64,000 nt of DNA from Magallana gigas. Its lineage: Eukaryota. Below are positions 34,768 through 46,600 of the stretch, in pieces. The stretch covers positions 17,236,001 through 17,300,000 of the forward strand of contig NC_088857.1 of NCBI RefSeq assembly GCF_963853765.1. The letters run 5' to 3'. The position numbers and the translations under genes are program-made. Below the pieces are notes generated by a model, which was not told the DNA's origin, ran no database searches, and worked only from the letters and a program-made list of their open reading frames with translations. Numbering within the stretch: the first letter of the stretch is position 1; the number at the start of each line of letters is the position of its first letter.

Positions 34768-37700
34768 ATGGGGGACGGATGTTGCACGGGCTTCGCTAGG
34801 TTTATACTTGTAGTGTTCAACATCATATTTGTGGTAAGGAAGCATATTTTTTTTATTTTACACCATTATTACCTTATTTGTTTTTATAGTATGATAATCC
34901 ATTATCAAATCATGAGACAAAAATGGGCTTATGGCGGAAGATCGGTAAAATTATCACACCTGCTATCTTTTTTAGCTCACCCGAGTCAATGATTTCATTA
35001 ATATTTGTCCGCTTGTCTTTCTGAATGTTAATATTGTCCCGAATGTCAATGTCAACCAAACTTATTACAAAATATCCATTTGGTGAATGACTTTAATACT
35101 TATTCGATCAAGGGTCATACGTACACATTGCGATATGGAATTATGTTAGTAAAGTTCTGGTAATATTATATTTGTCGGAGAAAATATTTTAAAAGCATAA
35201 AAATCTTCCTATTCCGCTTCATAATGTGTACTTTGTAAAATAACAATGCAGAATGACACTGGATTAAAAAAGGAATGTGAATCAAATTCAATAATAATCG
35301 CAATATCAAAAAGCAACATTCTCATAAAAATCCATGCGGTTCAAAGTCTTCCATAGGCAGAGTTTATCCACATGGAAAGTCAATGTTTTTAATCAGTTAT
35401 AATTCATGTACCTAAAATGGTTAGGAAAACTAGTACTTATAGAATAGCGATATGGTCCACGGGCCTCATGTTAAATTCAGCACTTAATTATCCTAAACGC
35501 CTACTTTCAGCTGTCCGGTGGTGGCATACTCGGCGCAGGAATCTGGCTTAAAGTAGACCCAGACTCGGTAAACATCCAAAAGCTGATATCCGTCGACAGT
35601 CACGACACAGCCATCTCCTCCACGGCCTATGTCCTGATTGGCTTTGGGGGAGTTGTTTTCCTGGTCGGATTTCTTGGATGCCTTGGTGGAATTAAGCAAT
35701 GGAAATGGGCCTTGGGAATGGTTAGAATATGTTTGCTCTTCTTCTTTTGAGTTTTTTTCCCAATGGTTTTTTAGATCTTACAAAGATATATTGGCTGCAA
35801 TTTGCAAAACCTACGCAGTCATTATTTACTTGTAATTAACATGTCATGTAAATATTCTAATACATTCGTTGTTTATTTTATAGTACATATTCTTTTTGGT
35901 CATTATTTTTCTCGGAGAGTTCTCGGGAGGAATTATGGCAGCGGTTTACAAATCAAAGGTATTCAAAGCAAAGAAATAGTCTACAGTATAAACAAAATAA
36001 AACTTAATATCTAGTAGAGATTACGCAAATAGTTTGAATACTCGTCTACAGATTTCGTTTGTTAAACATTGTAAGATTTCAAAATTAAAATCCTGTCTAT
36101 CAGCAAATCCCGGATACTAGTGTCATGTGAAATTCAAATGACCTCTAGCATCTCAGCCTAATTTGAACCTTTGGATAATGTTAGGCAATGTTTCTATTGT
36201 TAATTACTTGAAAAGGTAACCGACGAACTTGGAACAACGCTTAAAAAGTCCATAGCTGAGTACAAAAACAGTTCCATCATAAAAGACGCATGGGATGCGG
36301 TACAGAAAACGGTAAGTTTACCGCTCATACGTAATGTTGTCCTACTTTGATCAATCAGCATTGCAGTTTGTTAAATAAATCCTTGTTCTGTAAATACGAG
36401 GATTGTGGGGTGGTTTTTCGCTGTTACATTCACCTGATGCAAATTTCGAGGATGAAAAAATTGTTATTCATTATTTCTTTAAATATCCATATGAAGAAAG
36501 AAATCATAAGTTAATGACTAGTTGTTGGTTAGTACGTAGCATACATGCAACAAAACAACCTTTATATTTTTAGAAGGTTCACTCTGCACTTTTCCAAATT
36601 AGCCAATGTTTGCCTAAATTATTAAAGGAATGAGGAATCATTCTTTGGGTAATATGTGATCAAATCCAAGTAAGCCCAAAGGGCTTTATGATAGATTTTA
36701 CATGTACTACGCTCCGGCCGAAATTACCACCTCATAATATTCAAATAATGATTCATTATTACTTATATTACTTATATTTTTATTATTTCGAATTTCTTCT
36801 CTTTGAAGCTACATTTTTAAACCACGATTTTGATAGCACATGCTTTGTATTATTACGCGGCGCAGCCAATAACGTTGTTCAGTTATGCTATAAGACACGC
36901 CCATATTGTGTCGCCCATTTTTTATGAAATTATTGGGCTATATGCTTCAAAATTGATTCAAAATGTTATCACAGACAAAGACAGTCGAAAATGTTAATAT
37001 CTAGACGTCAGTCCGTGTTGTTCGTACTGTATTAGTATAGCTAAAGCTTCAATTGATAACGATTAAATAAAAAAAAAACTTTAAGAAATCGTGCACGTTT
37101 ATGTTGCATTTGTAGATGCTGTGTGCAGATGAATTCCACTTCATTCTAGAATGTACAAAATACAGCCATTCACGGTGTATAAATCTTAAGATGTATTATT
37201 GGTCAAAGCCTTCTTGTTCCAAGCTTGTTTAATTGCTTAGTTTGAGAATAAAATACAATTAAATACTAGTAAACGATGTATTTTTTTTTATAGAAAGCCA
37301 CGGAGAACAGAATTAATTTGTTCTAATAAATGTGTACATCTTCGACTTGATGTGAAAATATACGTAAACAGTATTACATGTGTATATATATATGTTTATT
37401 TGATCATTAAATTATACATTTGTGGCAATATCTTATCATGGCAGATGTGTCTGTGTACTGGCAAATTTGTTTACACTGATTTTGCATTACCATGTATTTC
37501 ATTACCATGTATTTATACAATGTCTATAAATTATCTTGTTTTGAGCTAAGAAACTATACTATGCAATTCCTCCTTTCATATTCCCCTCCCAGATTTTTAT
37601 ATCCTCAAGATAAGTCTGTAGCTGCGCCATTCTAAGTGATTAAAAAGGCACTGTACTGTTTTCGAACGTAATTTGCATACATAAAAACCATGTAAAACCT

Positions 37701-40492
37701 CATAATTTTTGATTTTGTAAAAATCTGTTGACAACAGGTTTAGTCGGCAAAAACAAGCCTGTTCAATACATGTTTACATTTTGGTTCTCACATGCCATGT
37801 ACAAGATGGCCGTACATCCTCCTTAAAAATCTTCTTTTCGAAAACTATACAATGCTTCAATTTTTGATATAACTACATGTATTTGCAAGCAATCATACTT
37901 CTTATAAATGAAACATCTAATAACTGTGTACCATCTCCCACCACATCTCTGATTTTAGAGTGTAGCATGAACATTCTTGAAAGATACAAGTACTTGTTAA
38001 GAACTGTAGTCATGTGAGCTATGTGACCCATGTATCTCTTGTATTTTGTTCCAGATTCATTGCTGCGGAGTAACTTCGTACAAGGATTATAAGGACTACG
38101 CCCACTTCAACGAAACTGTGGTATCTCTCTTTCTTTTCTCTCTTTCCCACATCTTTTAAAATACAAAATGAAATAATTAAACGTTTACATTACAAAACAA
38201 TGATTGTTGACAATTATAGAATCTGTTACCTATAAGCGTTCATATTATTGACCCACTTTAATTTCAGTAAATTAAATATTCTTAAGTTTTTGTCATTCTA
38301 ATTACATGTTTTTGACATTGCAGTCAGTTCCAGAGTCCTGTTGCCGTGGCAATTATGTGGATTGTTATACGGAGGCGAGTAACAATGCTACCAAGAGTTA
38401 TAAATCTTTGAACACTGAGGTGAGTTTTTCGTTTTCAATTTCAAGCTGAAAATCCGGTGTTTGAAATATCCCTCCGAAAAGAAAGACAACTCAATCCTGC
38501 AGAGTTTGATAGATCATTTATAAATTACCGTCATAATTTCGTACAGTGTAGATCGCAAAAGTATGGTGTCCGGATAGGGCCATTTGCGTTAGCGCGACAT
38601 CGCGTTCAGGTAAACGAGACATCGCAATAACACACAACACGCCGTCGCGCTAACGCAACTTTGCATAACACGCCGTCGCGCTAACACACAACACGCCGTC
38701 GCGCTAACGCAACTTTGCACAACACGCCGTCGCGCTAACGCAACTTTGCACAACACGCCGTCGCGCTAACACACAACACGCTGTCGCGCTAACACACAAC
38801 ACGCCGTCGCGCTAACGCAACTTTGCATAACACGCCGTCGCGCTAACACACAACACGCCGTCGCGCTAACGCAACTTTGCACAACACGCCGTCGCGCTAA
38901 CGCAACTTTGCAAGTTTCACAGTCTAGTAGGAAGTCGTGTCCGGAAATATCAGACTGCGCATGCTTAAATATGTAGGCATGCACGCAAGCATGGATGAAA
39001 AATAAATAAAATGTACTTTGAAATACATATGTACATATATTATTTTCAATTATTATCAATACATATGAATAAAAATATAGTTACTAGTATGTCACTGTAT
39101 AAGGATATGCTAGAGTGCATATAAATTATTAATAAATCTACCAATTGATAAATTTAGCTTAAATATTTGATGTAATTAATTAATTTAGCAATGATATATT
39201 TATAACATGTACATGTCACAAATTCATATTAGGTGCTCTGTATATTACCAAAGCAAAGAAATTTTAAAATGTAAAATTACAGGTATATAACATGTCACAC
39301 TGGCGTCGGAAGCAAATTGAAAGTGGGGGGCTAGACTGATCCTCAGAAATATTGAGAGAGGAAAACCTACTTCCCAAAATCATGAAAATCCTAATCCGTG
39401 GGGGTGGGGGGTTATGCCTTTTACTCCAACTTCTAAATATTTCAAACGTACGTTACGGAACAATTATGTTTCCTGCGATGGGGGGGGGGGGGGGGGGGGG
39501 GGGCTGAACCCTATATTCTGCTATGTTCCTAATGGTTAGGTATTACTTATCAAAAAAAAAAAGAGGGGGGGGGGGGCCCCACCCCCCACCGGTTCCGACG
39601 CCTATGTGTCATGAATATATTATTGTTGATTTAATGAATTTTATTAAATATTTAAGGTAAATGTATCAATTGGTAGATTTTATAATAATTCATATCCTTA
39701 TACAGTGACACACTAGTAACTATATTTTTATTCATATGCATTGATAATAAATGAAAATGATATATATATTTCAAAGTACATTTTATTTATTTTTCATCCA
39801 TGCTTGCGTGCATGCCTACATATTTAAGCATGCGCAGTCTGATATTTCCGGACACGACTTCCTACTAGACTGTGAAACTTGCAAAGTTGCGTTAGCGCGA
39901 CGGCGTGTTGTGCAAAGTTGTGTTAGCGCGACGGCGTGTTGTGTGTTAGCGCGACGGCGTGTTATGCAAAGTTGCGTTAGCGCGACGGCGTGTTGTGTGT
40001 TAGCGCGATGTCTCGTTTATCTGAACGCGATGTCGCGCTAACGCAAATGGCCCTATCCGGACACCATAAAAATGGACTTCACCAGACCTCCCCAGACAAA
40101 TGATTATATTTGCTGAATGAGAAATTGCGCATGCGAACGGATTGAGAATTGTGTCGTCTGTTTGGTGACGTTAGGCGTCACCCCTGAGCTATGATTTGGG
40201 CTTTAGATGATTTCTTGTATTTGTTTGTTGTAGGGGTGTTTGAATAGTCTGCAAGATCAACTGAAGAGCAACCTTTCTATCATTATTGGGGTAGCGATTG
40301 GAATCGCAATGATACAGGTATATGTATTTCAAAGTCATAGCAGACATTAAACGATGTAAAGTAGATAATTTTTGTTAGTCTTACGTCATGGTATACATCA
40401 CTCTTTTCTCTTTTTCTTAAACTCCAAAGCTTCTGGGAATTCTGTTGGCCTGCAAATCGTGCCGTTCCAGTGATGTGGATAACATGGTGTAA
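34768..40492 (+). CDS. Tetraspanin (251 aa, 8 exons, 6-Cys large extracellular loop)
   Basis: Exons 34768-34833, 35511-35720, 35884-35958, 36216-36311, 38055-38120, 38324-38419, 40234-40317, 40430-40492; all phase 0, GT-AG. Four TM helices, GFLGCLG, CCG motif (IHCCGV), PESCC, a GC before TM4, polar E in TM3 and Q in TM4. Subfamily not assignable. Confidence 0.95.
34968..35085 (+). mobile_element. Degenerate HINE/Helentron 5' fragment
   Basis: ttttagctcacccgag...tgtccgcttgtct...tcaaccaaactt resembles the 5' end of the element at 52661. Confidence 0.5.
36625..36764. mobile_element. Degenerate palindromic repeat element
   Basis: Arms aaggaatgaggaatcattctttg and caaataatgattcattattactt around a central aagccc-aa-agggcttt hairpin; no TSD. 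Confidence 0.55.
37545..38042 (+). mobile_element. Decayed HINE/Helentron remnant
   Basis: 3' end gtcatgtgagctatgtgacccatgtatctcttgt resembles ctcaggtgagcgatgtggcccatgggcctcttgt at 55085-55118. Internal aaaatcttcttttcgaaaac resembles the monomer start. The 5' boundary is uncertain. Confidence 0.5.
38564..40066. mobile_element. 1.5-kb foldback-type DNA transposon with very long TIRs, TA TSD
   Basis: ta|TGGTGTCCGGATAGGGCC...GGCCCTATCCGGACACCA|ta. Inverted similarity extends over ~38564-39210 vs ~39610-40066, with internal tandem cgccgtcgcgctaac units. Confidence 0.9.
39298..39606. mobile_element. Nested ~309-bp MITE inside the foldback element
   Basis: TIR CACTGGCGTCGGAA / TTCCGACGCCTATG, flanked by the direct repeat TGTCA (39293-39297, 39607-39611); internal poly-G. 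Confidence 0.7.
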
Positions 40493-40632
40493 TGGCTTTG
40501 AAGAAAAATAGTGTGATTCATCAATCTGTTTCCCCGTACCTTCAAAGCTTCAGATGGACATTGAATGATGCCGCATTATTGTGAGAGATCGATATACATT
40601 TGATCACAACTTTGTCATAATATTGTGACTAA

Positions 40633-41458
40633 CATCTTCGCTAGCCAAGGGTTTTCGGTCCACTTTGCTCCCCATAAACCCTTGGCGGATTTCATTGCGA
40701 AAACTCGGTGATGTGGTGGCGCTATCTAGCGAGCAACTGGAGTTGCGCCCCTTGCATATTTACATTTTAATCGAATTAAACAACGGGTTATATACACACT
40801 ACGGCATTAATACAACTTGAAAACATGTTGACTACCGAATATCGGAACATAATTAACGATGCTATTAAATACGAATTAAGTTATAAACTAGGGAAAGCAT
40901 GGAATGTTTTATTCGTAGTGTTTTGTAAGGACCTGTACCAGGAGTGAAAAAGTCGCGATTTATATCAAAGCTTTCATGTCATAAAACCAGGTATCGTTGT
41001 CGTAAATATTGTGAACCAAAGAAATTAAATAAAATAAATCTCAATGAACCTTTAAAAGCAATAAACATAAGCAGGAACGTATATACTAACGGGATGGGCA
41101 GCTTCTACATTCGCCATGTTTACTTCCCATGCTATCACGCGAGCCTTGACAAGTTTGTAGAACTATGTTCAATCCCAGTAAAATATATAGGTTTTTTAAG
41201 CGATCTGGTTAGACCATCGTTGGCGAGGCACTGTACTCGAGAACTTGTGTCTCAATTTGTTAAAAGCACCGAATGATTTACCTAAGATCACACACGTGTT
41301 TTCTTTTAAAGTTTATATTTACAAGCACTGCGATTGGATCAGCTACTCGCAGCTGCAGCCAATCATAAAACGGAGCTCGTCACCGAGTTTTCGCAATGAA
41401 ATCCGCCAAGGGTTTATTGGGAGCAAAGTGGACCGAAAACCCTTGGCTAGCGAAGATG
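40633..41458. mobile_element. 826-bp non-autonomous DNA transposon with ~79-bp TIRs and 9-bp TSD (Mutator-like TSD length)
   Basis: CATCTTCGCTAGCCAAGGGTTTTCGGTCC...GGACCGAAAACCCTTGGCTAGCGAAGATG, 1 mismatch over the TIR. TSD TGTGACTAA at 40624-40632 and 41459-41467. Confidence 0.9.
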
Positions 41459-43659
41459 TGTGACTAAAGGCTGCTGTTGATTAATTTATGATATTGTTTG
41501 AGAGTTTTAATAAATCATATTCATGTGGTGAAATCAATAAAAATATAGTTTACTCGAAATATTTACCGATTTATATGTTGTGATTTTTAGTTGTGCAATA
41601 AATTGTTTTTTACTTGTATTCCGAGTGAAATATTTTTGAATCGTTCAATTACATGATGTACTACTTGATTGCTCAATTCAAAATAGTGACAAGTATTGTG
41701 CTTGGCATGCAAGATTAAGTTTGAAAAGTAAAAAAAATTCGAAACTTAGGTAAATAAACATAATGAATATTATGTCTTTGAAAAAACTTATACTTTTAAT
41801 GTATCTCCATGAGATGGTAATTTTTAAAAGTAATGGTCACAAAGGACAATAACTCTAGAGGACGTACGGCAAGTTTTATAAAAAAAAAAAACCCTAGATT
41901 CATGTGCATAAAATTAAATTAAGTTTGATTTGAACCCTATATGCATTTGTACTTGTAGTAAGGATAATTTTACATACTGTCTCTCGATTTGATCGAAAAA
42001 AAATTATTATTTCAAGTTTTTAAAAATATACATTGGCGTATGTACTATATAATCAAAAGAGTTATTTTGTTTGTATTTAGACTGATGTAGAGGTATACGG
42101 AGTCACAAGCACATGACCCTATTAAAATATTTCATTTATAGATTATCATAACGGTACAGGAAACTATATATCTCTAAAAAGTTCAAGTGCCCGCATGTGG
42201 TTTAACTAAGTCATAACATCCCCCTCTAAAAACCAAACAACAAACATATTAAAAAACAAAACAAAACATCGAAAGAAATAATAACAAAAAAATTAAAACA
42301 AACAGCCGTTCTGCTCCACCCCTCCCGCATTACCCCCCCCTCCCCCCGGCGAAACAAAACATAACCCTAGGAAATTGTTATTGTGTGAACATAATATCTG
42401 CGACACTTCCCTGTAGCAGCATGTGTGTATCAGTAAGTTATAATAAACATGGAATGTTTATAATCATGTATACTACATGTATATATCGAAGAAAGGTGAA
42501 GATTATCGTATACATATATACGTATTGATTATTTCTTTTTTTCCAACCAAAGAATAATAGAAATACATAGCAACTTAATTATCTGATTCCACTGTACAAT
42601 ATTTTTATATAAAGTTACACATGTAATTACAATTTAGTAAAAAGAAAACACGCCAAAAAAACAACCCCTCCCCCCCCCCCCCCCTCCAAAAAAACCCAAC
42701 ACCATGTAGTTATATTTGGCCGACGGAATGAATGAGAAATGTTCAAAGAGATCACAAAATTGTTAGACATGTTTTTACATAATTGGTTAGGCGTGTGTGT
42801 TAAGTTTGCTACCCTTGTTTCAAAATCTATATAAGTTTTCAATGTGTAGATAGTTATATAGATAGCACTTCCTCCCTTTATTTAATGTGTTAAATTCTGA
42901 TCTATTTATGTGGGTTTTTTTAAAATACAAAATTAGTATACTAAGTATTAAATTCAATAAGTGAAGCTAAAAAAATGTTTTTTCTCCGCAAAATAATTTA
43001 AGCCCCTTTGTTTAAACCCAAGAAAAAAGCGGATGAAAGTTTTGTATGAGTAAGACGAAATTTTCAAATAATAACGTTAAGATATTCGAGATGTATGTTA
43101 CTTTTTCCATAATAAAACATTATTGAATAAAAAGGACTTTTAATTCTCTTATTTTTTCGGGAGGGGGGGGGGGGGGGGGCTCTAGAATGAGAGAGAGAGA
43201 AAAATTCTAATTTTCGTTTGACAGTTGCCTAAATTTTATCCTGTAAAGGTCAAGAGGTATTCCGCCTGAAAAATTAAACACTCTGTTTTCCCTTGATGTT
43301 GCATTTTCAAAGTGTAGATTCATTAACTCCTATAAAGTTGGTTTTTAAAAACTTTCAGTTCGGATATTAATGATAAATCAATCCCCGATTCTTTTTTGTT
43401 CACTGCATTAAGATTGTTTTCGAAATGTAAACAAATTAATCTTGACCGAATCACGAGCCCTACCTGTCATGCGTAGTAATAATTCTGAAAAATAGTCCCT
43501 GAAGATCTAGTTTTTTGTAATGGCCGGGTTGATTGAACGCAAAATATGTAAGGGCCACGAAAGACAACAACATTTGTCACTTTATCCGAAGCTCATTGAT
43601 GTCTGCTTCAATTCAGTTCTGGACTGTCAGACATTGGTCTGCCGATAGGGCTTCAAAAA

Positions 43660-46600
43660 ATGTTATTTATATTAGTCTTTCTTGGAGTAATTTACACGAG
43701 TTCAGGTGAGTCCTCTAACTTGACCTAGATAAAGTGTTTGAGTTGTATGATAGGGCCTAGTGAGAATTAGCACATGCTCGATGAATGAATTTTATTTAAT
43801 GTATCAAAAATGTTATACTGAATCAACATGGTGAAGTCATATATACTTGATTTTACGTCAATTCGTCCTATACTTGGAAAACGCAAAAAATACAAAAGCA
43901 TGTTTTTTATTTAAGGATAATGGTCCGCCATGTTGAAAGAGTTATTGTGATGGAATATGACCCAAATCTTTGTTGAGAATGACCAACACATTATAGTTGC
44001 TTCTTAATCGTTCTTCATTTGACAAATTGAAAAGTTACGTTGTCAATACACACCTTGGAAAGGTACATGAAAAGACAGAAGGATGGAGAAATTATTTCGA
44101 ATTTTCTCTGTCATGAGCACATTTTAATAACTGGTGATGGTAGGGGACATTCAGATTGGGGTTGCTATGTGAGTTTGGGTTGAATGATAATCAGTTTGTG
44201 TTTTATTTTATAAACATCCATTGTATCACGTGTATTTCATCTACAGTTGTTAATCTACTTTTACTTGCTAATTAGCAGATGATTTATCATATGAATTATA
44301 GCTTATTTTGTAATTGTTGGGAACGCTTTGTCCATGTGTCTGTCCATGGGTGTTTTACATGCAAACATTAACTACTTATTTGAAAAAGGTCTGTCTTGTT
44401 ATGTTTGAAATTCCATGTATTGATGTTGATCAGAAATTCACTTTGCACTTTATTGTGTACTGTAAACAGGGGGATGGGTTCAGGGTCTAAACTTCAATGT
44501 CTGACCTGTCATCTAGAACTAAATTTTTCATAGTTTCATCAAGATCTTCCATTTCAATGATTTTAAGTGCTTCATTGAGGAATGGTGAATATTGATCTGA
44601 ATTTGTAAATCAAGTAGACTAATTGTTATTTATTACAGTGCACAGAATTTATATTTCCCTTTTTTCCTAAGGAAACTTTTCAGATATGAATATTTTTATA
44701 ACATAGAGTCCCATATACAAAGTTCACATTTTAATATTATTATTGGACAAAAACTTGGGCATTGGGGGGATCAATCAAGCTAACTACCAACGATAGTTGG
44801 GCAGTAAAAAGTTTTCTTTACATTCATGTACAGCAGAACTAAATAGTACTTTTATGATTTAGAGCATGCAGTTGGATTAAGTCTCATGATAACTATTGAC
44901 ATTTAAATGATATGTAATGTTTGGTGTTGAAAGTAAACTGTTTTACTATTAGGTACTTTAAATTGGTAATGATGTTAAAGGGATAGTTTAATTGTCAAAT
45001 CATTACATGTGAATTAATTCACACAATTCCTAATTCACTCAGTCATTTGTTTTTATGTTTTAGTAATATGCATATAGTTTCATATGCTTGAATGTATATT
45101 ATTTTTCATGTTTGTTTGTATTTTGAAGAAGGTAGAGTGGGTTGGATAAGGTGAATCTTATTTGGTCTGTCTGTCAAAGGCAGTTTCCTCTCTTCAATGG
45201 AAAGTAATTGACATTTTTTTTTTCTTAAGGATAACATGTTTGCAATGTTTAAGAGCATATGGTAGATTGGTTCAGGCATATTATATCTGGGACATGCAGT
45301 CTGCTTTTAAATGAAAACACACAACTTTTGGAATGGTTATGTAAAATGAACCTAATATATACGTAACATTGCTACCTTTTGAAAACACATGAAAAGTTCC
45401 TCGTTGCATTAATAAATTTTCATTGAAAAAGTTGTGCTTGATTACCTTGATGATAAAGACAACTGAATGGTGTTGTAAACAAAATGTAATTTCACTACAA
45501 TGTATAAGTATTGTCTTTAGGCCCCCCAAAAATATCAGTTGCCGTGACATACCATTAGTACAGATCGTTTAAACCATAAAGATGAAAAGACAGGCCTATA
45601 ACATTGAGAGGCAAATGAATAAAAATTCCTCTACTATGGAGTGTACACAATTATAGACAAACAGTTGAAGAAAAACGCCTCTTTATTGATTTTGAAAGGT
45701 GTTTTGACACAAATCAGATTAGCAGTAGTACAAAAGGTACCAGTATTTGAGCCGTGCCATAACTTAGTGTCAGGCGCTGTCATGACATAATAAAGTCTTT
45801 TGGGATCTCTTGATAGATCCAGGTATACAAAGAACCATGACCTCTAGAGCATTTATATTGGGAGGGGATGAAACAACATTAAGTGATAAATATTTTGAAA
45901 TTAAACTCCTATAAAAATTCCTGTAGAGGATGAGGGTGTTTGTTATTGTTTGTTCTAAACATAATTTCCCATGATAAGTAATTTTATTTATCTTAGTTTT
46001 ATTTTAGTGGCAATGTATCTTCATTCGAATGGTTAGGCATCCCAAATCTACTTGTCTGGCTTATCTTTATTCAAAATACCATGTATTCTTTAAAACATGG
46101 AGTGTTTTGGCAGTTGGCTAATTAAGAAGTACATCTGAAGTATGTTTATACATGTAGCAGTCCTAATAGGATTTTTTTCTCTCAAAACAGATGTTACGGA
46201 TTTTTTCCCTGATTTCAGAAACCATTAGAAATCATGCAAGGGGAGGGGGTCCTCCTTCTCGTAGATTGCTTCTGACAGCTGTTACGCAAGACATGTCAGA
46301 GTTACAAAAAACACAAGTAAAGAAATGGTCAAAAATAACTCCTGATTGATAATAGAATTACCCTTGTTATTAGTGGCTTCCCACAAAACTGGCTGTTTTT
46401 AATTATGTGATTTATTGTTTGGATAGAGAGAAAAGATAAAGGGGAAGATGGATATGAGAGAGAGAAAGGATGAGAGATGGAGAAATCTCTCAGTCTTATT
46501 TCATGCTCTTGACAATTCGAGAGATGGTAACTGTAAGGCTCCTGTTGAGATGTGATGCTATATAGTGCACAGAATTATGTAACAAAAAATCCAGAACATT

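Noticed and set aside
38631-38912. Repeat-spacer-like array resembling CRISPR
   Set aside because: Spacers are only two recurring linkers, not unique sequences; eukaryotic intron; no cas genes
38766-40041. Paired 96-97 aa ORFs in opposite orientation
   Set aside because: They arise from the inverted arms of the foldback element
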